DNA of 63,371 nucleotides, from positions 1-63,371 of the forward strand of contig CANRMW010000001.1 of the NCBI GenBank assembly GCA_947631835.1, in the 5' to 3' direction. The translations under genes and the position numbers were made by a program. Source of the DNA: an uncultured Clostridia bacterium. GTDB lineage: Bacteria > Bacillota > Clostridia > Oscillospirales > Acutalibacteraceae. The notes under the pieces were generated by a model, which saw nothing but the letters and a program-made list of their open reading frames with translations, did no database searches and was not told the DNA's origin. Positions 10,182 to 20,017 of the stretch are shown in pieces (the first letter of the stretch is position 1; each line of letters begins with the position of its first letter).

Positions 10182-11204
10182 ATGATCGAGGTCAAGAACC
10201 TCACAAAACGCTACGGCACGAACATCGCGCTGGACAACGTCAGCTTCACGGTGGAGGAAGGGACGATCGTCGGGTTCCTCGGGCCGAACGGCGCGGGCAA
10301 GTCCACCACCATGAACATTATTACGGGGTATCTTTCCGCCACGAGCGGTTCGGTCTCCGTGCAGGGCAAGAGCACGCTGGAAAACCCAAACGAGGTCAAG
10401 CGGCTCATCGGGTATCTGCCGGAACAGCCGCCGCTGTATCTCGACATGACGGTGAAAGAATACCTCAACTTTATGTATGACCTCAAGGGCGTGAAGCTGG
10501 ACCGGAACCAGCATATCGGAGAGATCTGCCGGCTGACGCGCATCGACAACGTCTATAACCGCCTGATCGGCAACCTTTCAAAGGGCTATAAGCAGCGCGT
10601 CGGCATCGCGCAGGCGCTGCTCGGGAACCCGCCCGTGCTGATTTTGGACGAGCCCACCGTCGGCCTCGATCCGAAGCAGATCATCGAGATCCGAAACCTC
10701 ATCAAGAATCTGGGCAGGAACCACACGATCATCCTCTCCTCGCACATCCTGCCGGAGGTGCAGGCGGTGTGCGAGCGCGTGATCGTCATCAATAACGGCC
10801 GCCTCGTGGCGGACGGCGCCACGGATTCCCTCGCGCGGGATCTCTCCGCCGAACACCGGCTCATCATCCGCGCGGAGGGACCGGAAAACGAAATGGTCGC
10901 CGCGCTCCGTGCGCTCGAGCATGTGGTCGATGTGTTCTCCTACGGCCAAAAGGAGCCGGGCGTGTTCGAGATCTCCGTGGAGGGAGACCCGGGCTACGAT
11001 CTGAGAAGGAACATTTTCCTGCTGATGACCCGCCGCGGCTGGCCGCTGCTCGCGTCCCGCACGACGGAGCTGACGCTGGAAGAGGTCTTCCTGCAGCTCA
11101 CGAGCTCCGACGCTTCGCATTCCGTCCCCGTGAACGAACCGGAGAGCGGCGAGGCTGAGGAGGACACGGAGGCCGCGAAAGAAGAGAAGGAGGAAACGAA
11201 ATGA
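10182..11204 (+). CDS. ABC-2 type transporter ATP-binding protein (GldA-like)
   Basis: GPNGAGKST, LSKGYKQRVGIAQA, LDEPTVGLDP. Confidence 0.92.
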   Translation: MIEVKNLTKRYGTNIALDNVSFTVEEGTIVGFLGPNGAGKSTTMNIITGYLSATSGSVSVQGKSTLENPNEVKRLIGYLPEQPPLYLDMTVKEYLNFMYDLKGVKLDRNQHIGEICRLTRIDNVYNRLIGNLSKGYKQRVGIAQALLGNPPVLILDEPTVGLDPKQIIEIRNLIKNLGRNHTIILSSHILPEVQAVCERVIVINNGRLVADGATDSLARDLSAEHRLIIRAEGPENEMVAALRALEHVVDVFSYGQKEPGVFEISVEGDPGYDLRRNIFLLMTRRGWPLLASRTTELTLEEVFLQLTSSDASHSVPVNEPESGEAEEDTEAAKEEKEETK

Positions 11205-11908
11205 CTGCGATTCTCAAAAGGGAGCTTCGGGCGTATTTCGCCTCGCCGATCGGCTATGTCGTCGTTGCGGTGCTCCTTGTGCTTTACGGATTTTTCTACT
11301 ATCAGGTCATGCTGACGAGCTCCAGCTCCTATGTGGGTGAGGTGTTCGGCTCCATGTTCATGATCTCGATGATGGTCATGCCGATCATCACGATGCGCTC
11401 CATGAGCGACGACCGCAAGAACAAGACGGATCAGGCGCTGCTCACCGCGCCCGTCAGCGTGACGGGCATCGTGCTTGGCAAGTTCCTCGCGGCGTTCGGT
11501 GTGTATTGGATCGCCGTCACGCTCGCGCAGCTCCCGGCGCTTGCGATCAGCATGTTCGCTTCGGCGTTCCCCTGGGGGGTCCTGCTCGGCAACTATATCG
11601 GCACGCTCCTTTACGGCGCGGCCATGATTTCCATCGGCGTGTTCATTTCCAGCCTCACGGTGAGCCAGGTCATTGCGGCCATCGGGACCTTTGCCATTGC
11701 GATCCTCCTGATGTTCCTCGACGGCATCGCCTCCGCGATGAGCGGGAATATCCTCGGCACGATCATCAACTGGCTCTCCTTCACTTCGCGCTATGAGACC
11801 TTCACGCAGGGCGTTTTCGGCGTTTCGAGCTGCGTGTATTTCATCAGCGTGGCGGCGGTGTTCATTTTCCTCACCGCGCGCAAGGTCGAGAGCCGCCGCT
11901 GGAATTAA
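11201..11908 (+). CDS. ABC-2 permease (GldF-like)
   Basis: RELRAYFASPIGY, ITMR-DDRKNKTDQALLTAP; ATGA overlap. Confidence 0.88.
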   Translation: MTAILKRELRAYFASPIGYVVVAVLLVLYGFFYYQVMLTSSSSYVGEVFGSMFMISMMVMPIITMRSMSDDRKNKTDQALLTAPVSVTGIVLGKFLAAFGVYWIAVTLAQLPALAISMFASAFPWGVLLGNYIGTLLYGAAMISIGVFISSLTVSQVIAAIGTFAIAILLMFLDGIASAMSGNILGTIINWLSFTSRYETFTQGVFGVSSCVYFISVAAVFIFLTARKVESRRWN

Positions 11909-11926
11909 GGAAGGGGAGTACAGAAA

Positions 11927-13474
11927 ATGGCTAAAAAACCCGGTGCCGGCGGGGTACGCACCCTGCTCGGGAAGGATAAATTCAAACACGGCTCGGCGGC
12001 TGTCGTCCTGACGGCGCTCTTTATCGCCGCGGTCGTTCTGGTGAACGTGATCGTTTCCGTCCTGACGACGCGGTTCCCCTCCATGAACATCGACCTGACG
12101 CCCGAGAAGCTCAACTCTCTGAGCGAGGACGCCATCGAGGTGGCGAAGAACGTTTCCCGCGACACGAAGATCTACTTCATCGGCGCGGAAGAGAGATATC
12201 GGCAGGACCAGCTCTATTCGAATTACGGGCTGAAGTTCAGCCAGGTGTCGAACCTTGCCGACCGGATGCAGGAGATCAACGGGCATATCTCCGTGGAGTA
12301 CATCGACCCGGACCTCAACCCGCAGTTCATCGCCCGGTATGCGGACGACAACCTCTCCTCCGGCAAGATCGTGGTGGAGAGCGACCTGCGCCACAAGACG
12401 CTCGACGCGGACGACCTCTTCGCGCTTCGTTCCGACAGCCAGACCGGCGCGACGCAGTATTACTCCACAGCGGACGGCGCGCTCGCGAACGCGCTCTACC
12501 TTGTGAATCTGGACGATGTGCCGGTGGTCGCCATCGCGACGGGGCACAGCGAGATGCTCAATGAGGAAAGCGGGAACCTCACATCCTTTACCAGCCTGCT
12601 GGAGGACAACAACTTTGAGGTGAAGACCTTCAACCTGCTCTCCGAGGAGATCCCGGAAGGGGCGCGGATGGTCTTCTTCGGCGTTCCGACCACGGACTTC
12701 TCCAAAGAGGAGATCGACAAGCTCTCCGCGTATTTGGACGACGAGACCATGGAGACCTCCCACACGCTGTACTTCGTGGCGTATCCCTCGCAGGACTGGT
12801 CCAACATGAAGAACCTCTCCACGTTCCTGGAGGAGTGGGGCCTCGCGGTGCAGTCGAACGTGGTGCTGGAGAGCGACATGAACAACGTCCTTTCCACCTA
12901 TAACGCTGATCCGAGCATGATCTTTGCGAACGTCAACCACGAGGAGAAAGAGGAGATCCTCACGGGAACGTATAACTACCTCCTCATGCCGAGCGCGGTC
13001 CCGGTGGAGCGCCTCTTCACGGCGAACAGCGACATCGTGACGTATTCCGTGGCGGAGTCCGCCGACACCGCCTATGTGCTCACCGAAGAGATGGCCGAAT
13101 CCGGCCAGCTCCCGGAGGATCCGGAGACCGAAAAGCAGACGATCGTCGCGCTGAGCCAGCGCTATATGAACAGCTACGGTTCGGTCCGCTCGAACATCGT
13201 CATGGACGGCAGCGCGATGCACTTCCTGCGCGACTACCTCGCGAGCTCCACGTTCGCCAACCGGGCGTTCACGGTGGATCTCGTGAAGCTCCTTTCCGAC
13301 GTCAGTGACGCGAGACTCGGCCTGTCCATCAAGCAGACGCAGTTCAACACGATCGACATCACGGCGTCCGCGCAGGTCATGCAGTTTGTGGGCCTCTATC
13401 TCTTCACGATCGCTGTCCCGGCGGCCGTGCTGATCGTCGGACTGGTCATCTTCCTGAAGAGACGGCATCTGTAA
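11927..13474 (+). CDS. GldG-family ABC auxiliary component
   Basis: N-terminal TM, DLT-LS motif, GHSE, C-terminal TM ending KRRHL. Confidence 0.8.
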   Translation: MAKKPGAGGVRTLLGKDKFKHGSAAVVLTALFIAAVVLVNVIVSVLTTRFPSMNIDLTPEKLNSLSEDAIEVAKNVSRDTKIYFIGAEERYRQDQLYSNYGLKFSQVSNLADRMQEINGHISVEYIDPDLNPQFIARYADDNLSSGKIVVESDLRHKTLDADDLFALRSDSQTGATQYYSTADGALANALYLVNLDDVPVVAIATGHSEMLNEESGNLTSFTSLLEDNNFEVKTFNLLSEEIPEGARMVFFGVPTTDFSKEEIDKLSAYLDDETMETSHTLYFVAYPSQDWSNMKNLSTFLEEWGLAVQSNVVLESDMNNVLSTYNADPSMIFANVNHEEKEEILTGTYNYLLMPSAVPVERLFTANSDIVTYSVAESADTAYVLTEEMAESGQLPEDPETEKQTIVALSQRYMNSYGSVRSNIVMDGSAMHFLRDYLASSTFANRAFTVDLVKLLSDVSDARLGLSIKQTQFNTIDITASAQVMQFVGLYLFTIAVPAAVLIVGLVIFLKRRHL

Positions 13475-13488
13475 ACGGGGGAAGCGCG

Positions 13489-14970
13489 ATGAAGAAGACC
13501 CGGAAATATATCATCATCGGGCTCGTGGCGATCCTTGTGCTTGGAGCGGCGGCGGCAGTGCTCATGCTGACCGCCCCGTCCGCCGAGGAAGAAGGTTCGT
13601 CCACCCCCGAGGTCAATCTTGAAAAGATCCTCGACTATACGATCGCGGACGTGAAGTCCATCGACGTCAAGGAAAAAGAGACGGGGGACAGCTATACCCT
13701 CATCCCGACAAAGAAAAACGAAGACTCCGAGGGAAACGACACGTTTACCATCCAAGGGTGGGAAGACGAGAACGTCGTCAAATCGGACGTGCTCTCCATG
13801 GCGCAGCGGTTCTATTCCTGCTCCGCGCTCAAGAATCTCGGCAAGCAGGACGACCTTGCCCAGTACGGTCTCACGGGAGACGGCGAGTACCGGGTCGATC
13901 TGCACCTTGCGGACGGCGACCACACGCTGATCATCGGCCTCCCGGGCGGAGAGAGCAGCGGGCGGTATCTGCTCTATAACGACACGGTCTACATCGTCAC
14001 GGAATCTTCGCTGCTCACCGAATCGAAATACGCGTTCATCGAAGCGGACGGGCTCGTTTCGATCCCGGACCCTTCTGCGGAAGACGGGGACGGAACCGCC
14101 GTCTCGACGCTTTCCGTGATGGACCATTTCTACCTCTCCGGCACGAACTTCCCGGAGGAGATCCGCATCGACCGCGACCCGGACAGCTTCATGTTCTATG
14201 TGATGAGCGCGCCGGTGTACGGCGGCGGGCGCTCGTCTGAGATGGATGTGCTGATCGACCTTCTGCAGGACGTCAGCGCGAAGCGGGCCGTCGCGGTGAA
14301 GGCCACCGAGGAGGAGTACGCGAAGTTCGGGCTCGATGAGCCGGCTGCGGTGCTCGATTACAGCATCAACGGGGAGCAGCACCTCTTCCGCGTGGGCGAC
14401 AAGTCCGAGGACGGCTACTATGCGGAGCTGGACGATACCGGCGTGATCTATTCGATCGACGCGGCCCTCGTGGAGCCGTGGGCGCTGGCGGACCTTTCGG
14501 AGCTGAGAGACGCGTTCGTCGTGCTGCCCATGATCGTGCAGCTGCAGCGTTTGACCGTCACGGGCAACGGGTCCACCGAGGTGTATGAGATGAGCCGCGA
14601 GGTGGACGAGGACCGCACGACGGAGAAAAACACCGTGTACAATTACTTCACGAAGCTCGCCGGGAAGGACATCAGCTACGACGAGAGCTTCCAGCCCTTC
14701 TACCGGGACATGATCTCCATCTATGTGATGAACGAAGAGGTCTGGGAGCCGGACGGCGAGGAGCTCCTGCGCGTGAAGTATGAGTTTTACGACGAGACGG
14801 GATACGATCCGGTCGAGGTCGTGTTTTACGCGTCCGATGCCGAGGAGCGGAGATGCGTCGCGACGGTGGACGGCAAGCTCACGGGCATCGTGCGCCGCAG
14901 CGATGTGGACAAGATGCTCGAGGCGAAGGAGATCGTGGCCTCCGGCGAGCTTTACGAGCCGGAAGACTGA
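13489..14970 (+). CDS. DUF4340-like acidic extracytoplasmic protein
   Basis: N-terminal anchor, repeated LAQYGL/YAKFGLDEP motifs; usual fourth gene of Gld-like ABC operons. Confidence 0.7.
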   Translation: MKKTRKYIIIGLVAILVLGAAAAVLMLTAPSAEEEGSSTPEVNLEKILDYTIADVKSIDVKEKETGDSYTLIPTKKNEDSEGNDTFTIQGWEDENVVKSDVLSMAQRFYSCSALKNLGKQDDLAQYGLTGDGEYRVDLHLADGDHTLIIGLPGGESSGRYLLYNDTVYIVTESSLLTESKYAFIEADGLVSIPDPSAEDGDGTAVSTLSVMDHFYLSGTNFPEEIRIDRDPDSFMFYVMSAPVYGGGRSSEMDVLIDLLQDVSAKRAVAVKATEEEYAKFGLDEPAAVLDYSINGEQHLFRVGDKSEDGYYAELDDTGVIYSIDAALVEPWALADLSELRDAFVVLPMIVQLQRLTVTGNGSTEVYEMSREVDEDRTTEKNTVYNYFTKLAGKDISYDESFQPFYRDMISIYVMNEEVWEPDGEELLRVKYEFYDETGYDPVEVVFYASDAEERRCVATVDGKLTGIVRRSDVDKMLEAKEIVASGELYEPED

Positions 14971-14988
14971 GATCCCAAAAGGAAACAG

Positions 14989-15019
14989 GGGGAGCGGAGC
15001 TGGTCGCCGCTCCCCTTTT
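14989..15019 (+). terminator. Rho-independent terminator
   Basis: GGGGAGCGG/CCGCTCCCC stem plus TTTT. Confidence 0.7.
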
Positions 15020-15196
15020 GCGCTGTCACAAATTCCTCCCGGCGCGTTCACATTCTGTTTAGGAAAACGCGGCGGGGTTTTGCTATACTTTATTAGACGG
15101 CGCACGGCGTCTCTGCGCCTTGCCGCGCGTCAAATTTCTTTTGCCGGGCTTTTCTCTGCAAAGCGAAAAAGCGGCGGGGAGCGGAAAGAAGCAGAT

Positions 15197-15898
15197 ATGA
15201 GTTTTGTACAGTTTCAGAATGTAACGAAAGTTTATAAAACGGGAGACGTGGAGGTCCACGCGCTCGCGGGCGCGAGCTTTGAGGTGGAAGAGGGCGAGTT
15301 CTGCGTGATCGTCGGGGAATCCGGCGCGGGCAAGACGACGTTGCTGAACATTCTCGGCGGAATGGACACGCTCACCACCGGGAAGGTCCTGCTGGACGGA
15401 ACGGACATCAGCGGGTTTTCGCGCGCGCGGCTGGAAAATTACCGCCGTTTCGAGATCGGTTTCGTCTTTCAGTTTTACAATCTGATCCCGAACCTCACGG
15501 CGCTGGAAAACGTGGAGATCGCCGCGCAGCTCTGCCCGGACCCGATCCCCGCCGAAGAGATCCTCGGCGCGGTGGGGCTCGCGCACAGGATGAACAACTT
15601 CCCGGCGCAGCTTTCCGGCGGCGAGCAGCAGCGCGTTTCCATCGCCCGGGCGCTCGCCAAGCGGCCGAAGCTCCTCCTTTGCGACGAGCCCACCGGCGCG
15701 CTGGATTATGAGACGGGCAAGGCGATCCTGAAGCTCCTGCAGGATACCTGCCGCCGGGACGGCATGACGGTCATCATCATCACGCACAACGGCGCGATCT
15801 CCGGCATGGCGGACCGTGTCGTGCGGGTGAAAAACGGCGTGATCCATTCCGTGCGGATGAACGAGCACGCGGTGCCGGTGGAGCAGATCGAGTGGTGA
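15197..15898 (+). CDS. ABC transporter ATP-binding protein (LolD/MacB type)
   Basis: [28 protein letters not shown]. Confidence 0.93.
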   Translation: MSFVQFQNVTKVYKTGDVEVHALAGASFEVEEGEFCVIVGESGAGKTTLLNILGGMDTLTTGKVLLDGTDISGFSRARLENYRRFEIGFVFQFYNLIPNLTALENVEIAAQLCPDPIPAEEILGAVGLAHRMNNFPAQLSGGEQQRVSIARALAKRPKLLLCDEPTGALDYETGKAILKLLQDTCRRDGMTVIIITHNGAISGMADRVVRVKNGVIHSVRMNEHAVPVEQIEW

Positions 15899-15902
15899 GC
15901 GC

Positions 15903-18900
15903 ATGACGAAAGGACTTTGGAAAAACATACGGCGCAGCATCACGGGGAGCCTCGGGCGCTTTCTCGCGATCTTCTGCATCATCATGCTGGGGGTCGCGTT
16001 CCTGACCGGCCTGCGGCTGACGCGTCCCGTGATGATCCGGACCGCGCAGAATTATGTGGACAGCGCCCGCCTTTACGACCTGCGCCTGCTCTCCACCGTC
16101 GGGTTCGACGACGGCGACGTGCGCGCGGCGGAGGACGTGGAGGGCGTCACGGACGCCGAAGGCTCCTACAGCGCGGACTTCGTCTGGATCGAGCATGATG
16201 TGGAGTATGTGCTTTCGGCAAACGCGATCAGCACCCTGGTGAACGTGCCGGTGCTGGAAAGCGGCGAGATGCCCCAAAAGGGGAACGAATGCCTGCTGGA
16301 CGCCGACCGCTTCCCGGAGGAGATCATCGGGGAGACCGTCACGGTGGACGATTGGGGCAGCGCGGAGGAAAGCCCCTTCGCTTACGACACCTATACGGTG
16401 ACGGGCCTTGCGCGCACGCCGCTCTTCATGAGCGTGGAGCGCGGAACGTCGTCGCTCGGCGACGGGAGCCTGGACGGATTTATGCTTCTCCCGCCGGAGG
16501 GATTTGATTCGGAATACTATACCGTTCTCTATGTCAAGGCGAGCGGAGATTTCGAGCTTTACAGCGACGCGTATGACGATTTCGTCGAGACGCTCTCCGA
16601 CGCGGCGGAGGTCGAGGTCGCGGAGACGGTTCAGACGCGTTTCGAGGACCTCGTCTCGGACGCGCAGGAGGAGATCGCCGATGGTGAGAAGGAGCTGCGG
16701 GAGAAAAAGGCGGACGCCGAGACGGAGCTTGCCGACGCGCGCCGCGAGCTGGACGATGCGAAGGCGGAGATCGAAGACGGCGAAACGCAGTTGAGCGACG
16801 GAAAGCGCGAGCTGGCGGACGCGAAAAAGGAACTGGACGAGGGCGCCGAAGCGCTGAAGAGCGGGGCGGCCTCGTGGGAAGACGCGCTGGACGCGGGCTG
16901 GGCGCAGTATCGCGACGGGCAGAACGAGCTGGAAAACGCCCTTGCGGAAGCAGAGCAGACGCTTGCGGACAGCTACCGCCAACTGCAAAACGGCGAAAGC
17001 GAATACTTTAACGGAAAGAAAGAGCTGGAAGACGGGCGAAAGCAGCTCGAAGAAGGAAAAAAGGAACTGGAAACGCAGGCCGCGCAGCTCGCGGAGGCCC
17101 GGGAGAAGCTCGAAGCCGGAAAGCAGGAGTTGGAAGCGCGGGCGCAGGAGATCGAGGAAGGGAAAGCCGCGCTTGCCGAGGGCAGGGCGCAGTATGAGGC
17201 GGGCAAGAGCCAGTATGAACAGTTGCTCGCCGACCTGCAGGAAAAGGACGGCGCGCTGACCGCCGCCGAGGCGGAATACAACGACGCGCTTTCCGCGTTC
17301 AACGCGTCCTACGGCCCCACGAAAGCAACGCTGGAGGCCGACATCGCGGAGGTCAGCGCCCAGCTCGCGGCTCTTGGGCCTGATCCCAGCGAGGACAACC
17401 GCGAGGAGTATGCCCTCCTTTCGGGGCAGCTTACGGAGCTGCAGGGAAAACTTGCCGCTCTGGAAGCGGGAAAGGCGCAGATCGAGGCGCAGGGGCAGAC
17501 GCTTGCCGCTTCCCGCGCGGAGCTCGAGGGGTATCGCGCGCAGTTGAACGGAATGGCAACCACTCTGGAAGAGAGCCTCGCCGTTTTGGAGGAGAAGGAG
17601 GCGGCCCTTGCGGAGGGCGAAGCCGCGCTGGAAGCCGGCCGCCAGGAGCTTGCGGCGAACGAAGCGGAGCTCGAGGGCTACGAAGCGCAGTTGGAAGAGG
17701 GCAGGAAAAAGCTGGAGGCGAGCGAGCAGGAGATCCGCGAAGGCGAAGCGGAGCTGCAGGAAGCCAGAGATACGCTGGATTCCGGCTGGCAGCAGTATCG
17801 GCAGGGAAAGGAAGAGCTGGAGAGCCAGCGCGCGGAGCAGACCGCGAATCTGGAATCGGCGCGGGAATCCCTCGAGACCTTTGCCGAGGGGATCGAGAGC
17901 TACCGCGACGGCGAGAAAGAGATCGCGGAGAACGAGGAAAAGCTGCTGGACGGCAGAAAGGAATATGAGGACGGCGAAAAGGAGTACGCGGAGGCGGTGG
18001 ACGATTTCAACCGGGAGATCGCCGATGCGGAGCAGGAGCTCACGGACGCCAGGCAGGAGTTGGACGATCTGGAGGATCCGGAGCTGTTTGTCCTGAACCG
18101 GGACACCAATACCGGGTATATGTCGTTCGAGGGCGATTCGCAGATCGTGGAAAACGTGTCCGCGGTGTTTCCAATCTTTTTCTTCCTGATCGCGGCGCTG
18201 GTGTGCTCGACCACCATGACCCGCATGGTGGACGACGACCGCTCGCAGATCGGCACGATGCGCGCGCTGGGCTACAGCCGCGGCGCCGTGATCGCGAAGT
18301 ACCTCATTTACGCCGGGAGCGCGGCGGCGGCGGGATGCGTCGCGGGGTATTTCTTCGGCGGTCTCGTCTTCCCGACGGTGATCTGGATCGCGTATGGGAT
18401 GCTCTACTCGATCCCCGGGTTTTTCACGGTCTGGGACGTTCCGCTGTTCCTCGTCGCGCTGGCGATGTCCCTGCTCTGCTCGGCGGGCACGGCGTACCTC
18501 GCCTGCCGCCACGAGATGCAGAGCACCCCGGCCGACCTGATCCGCCCGAAGACACCGCAGCCGGGCAAGCGCATTTTCCTCGAGCGCGTGACGCCGGTCT
18601 GGAAGCGGCTGAAATTCCTGCACAAAGTCACGCTGCGGAACATCTTCCGCTTCAAAAAGCGGATGGCGATGATGATCCTCGGCATCGCGGGGTGCACCGC
18701 GCTGGTGCTGACGGGCTTCGGCCTGCACGATTCCGTCGCGAACATCGCGAATTTCCAGTTTGACGACATCCAGCGGTACGATCTTTCCGTCACGACGGCG
18801 GACCCCGTGGGAGAGGCGTTCCTCTCCGCGCTGGACGAGGCGCACGGGGCGGAGATCGAGGCGCACGCCGTCTCGCTGATGGCGGCCGGAGACCTCAGGG

Positions 18901-19736
18901 CGGGCGGCATGACGAAGTCCGTGTACATCGTGGCGTCCGACGACCCGGAGATCACCCGGATCATCGACCTGCACAGGAGCGGGGAGACGGTGGCGTATCC
19001 CGGCGAGGGCGAGATCCTGCTGACGGAAAAGATCGCCGGGATCACGGGCACGAACGTCGGCGACACGGTGGAGATCTCCATCTCCGACACGGAAAAGGCG
19101 TCGTTCAAGGTCTCGGGGATCGTGGAGAACTACGTTATGAATTACGCGTACCTCACGGGGGAGACGTATGCCAAGGCATACGAAACGGCGTATGAACCGA
19201 AAACGCTGCTCATCCGCACGGCGGAGGGCGCGGACGAATACGCGCTTTCCGCGGCGCTGACGCAGCGGGACGACGTGGCGGCGGTCTCCGTCACGACGGA
19301 CACGCGCCGGATGATCGACAACATGATGCAAAGCCTGAACTATGTCGTGGCGCTGGTGCTGGCCTCAGCGGGCGCGCTGGCGTTCGTGGTGCTGTTCAAC
19401 CTCGGGAACATCAACATCTCCGAACGCGTCCGCGAGATCGCGACGATCAAGGTGCTGGGCTTCCACAAGAGCGAGACGGGCGCGTATGTGTTCCGCGAGA
19501 GCCTGCTGCTCACGCTGATGGGCATCGGCGTCGGGCTGCCGCTGGGGGTCCTGCTCCACGCGTTCGTCATGGACCAGATCCGCGTGGACATGGTGAGCTT
19601 CAAGTACACCACCGCGCCGTTGAGCTACTTCCTCACGGTCGCGCTGGTCCTGCTGTTCTCGCTGATCACGGACCGCATTCTGCGCCGGAAGATCGCGAAG
19701 ATCGACATGGCGGAATCGCTGAAATCGAACGAATAA
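15903..19736 (+). CDS. FtsX-like ABC permease with a long coiled-coil insertion
   Basis: Two FtsX TM blocks (FPIFFFLIAALV...IGTMRALG; ERVREIATIKVLG) and several hundred residues of E/A/L/K heptads. Confidence 0.9.
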   Translation: MTKGLWKNIRRSITGSLGRFLAIFCIIMLGVAFLTGLRLTRPVMIRTAQNYVDSARLYDLRLLSTVGFDDGDVRAAEDVEGVTDAEGSYSADFVWIEHDVEYVLSANAISTLVNVPVLESGEMPQKGNECLLDADRFPEEIIGETVTVDDWGSAEESPFAYDTYTVTGLARTPLFMSVERGTSSLGDGSLDGFMLLPPEGFDSEYYTVLYVKASGDFELYSDAYDDFVETLSDAAEVEVAETVQTRFEDLVSDAQEEIADGEKELREKKADAETELADARRELDDAKAEIEDGETQLSDGKRELADAKKELDEGAEALKSGAASWEDALDAGWAQYRDGQNELENALAEAEQTLADSYRQLQNGESEYFNGKKELEDGRKQLEEGKKELETQAAQLAEAREKLEAGKQELEARAQEIEEGKAALAEGRAQYEAGKSQYEQLLADLQEKDGALTAAEAEYNDALSAFNASYGPTKATLEADIAEVSAQLAALGPDPSEDNREEYALLSGQLTELQGKLAALEAGKAQIEAQGQTLAASRAELEGYRAQLNGMATTLEESLAVLEEKEAALAEGEAALEAGRQELAANEAELEGYEAQLEEGRKKLEASEQEIREGEAELQEARDTLDSGWQQYRQGKEELESQRAEQTANLESARESLETFAEGIESYRDGEKEIAENEEKLLDGRKEYEDGEKEYAEAVDDFNREIADAEQELTDARQELDDLEDPELFVLNRDTNTGYMSFEGDSQIVENVSAVFPIFFFLIAALVCSTTMTRMVDDDRSQIGTMRALGYSRGAVIAKYLIYAGSAAAAGCVAGYFFGGLVFPTVIWIAYGMLYSIPGFFTVWDVPLFLVALAMSLLCSAGTAYLACRHEMQSTPADLIRPKTPQPGKRIFLERVTPVWKRLKFLHKVTLRNIFRFKKRMAMMILGIAGCTALVLTGFGLHDSVANIANFQFDDIQRYDLSVTTADPVGEAFLSALDEAHGAEIEAHAVSLMAAGDLRAGGMTKSVYIVASDDPEITRIIDLHRSGETVAYPGEGEILLTEKIAGITGTNVGDTVEISISDTEKASFKVSGIVENYVMNYAYLTGETYAKAYETAYEPKTLLIRTAEGADEYALSAALTQRDDVAAVSVTTDTRRMIDNMMQSLNYVVALVLASAGALAFVVLFNLGNINISERVREIATIKVLGFHKSETGAYVFRESLLLTLMGIGVGLPLGVLLHAFVMDQIRVDMVSFKYTTAPLSYFLTVALVLLFSLITDRILRRKIAKIDMAESLKSNE

Positions 19737-19740
19737 AAGA

Positions 19741-19779
19741 AAAAGGCGCGGGCCGGGGATTCCGGCGGCCGCGCCTTTT
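19741..19779. terminator. Terminator hairpin
   Basis: AAAAGGCGCGG...CCGCGCCTTTT. Confidence 0.7.
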
Positions 19780-20017
19780 CGCGTGTATTTCAGGTCGTGT
19801 TTGCGGGAAGGCCTTTGGCTATCGGTGAGGCCGCGGGACCCGCGCGCATAGCGGCCGAATTGGGCCTGCTGCGTTTCGAGGGACTGGCCGGCCTTCTCCT
19901 TCTTCGGTTTTCTCTTGCGGAGCGCGGCGAAGCGTGCTATAATGAATAAAACAGACGGCGGGACGGCGGCGGTTTTCCGGGCGTTCTGCCGAAAACGGAA
20001 AGACGGAGGATGGGACT

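Noticed and set aside
10182-14970. Gliding motility system
   Set aside because: GldA/F/G-like ABC operons are widespread in non-gliding Firmicutes, and no other gliding genes are present
15780-19331. Very long antisense ORFs (also 4458-6494, 10994-13468, 25571-28813, 34275-37037, 52300-54063)
   Set aside because: Shadow frames opposite well-supported genes in high-GC DNA, with no recognisable domains
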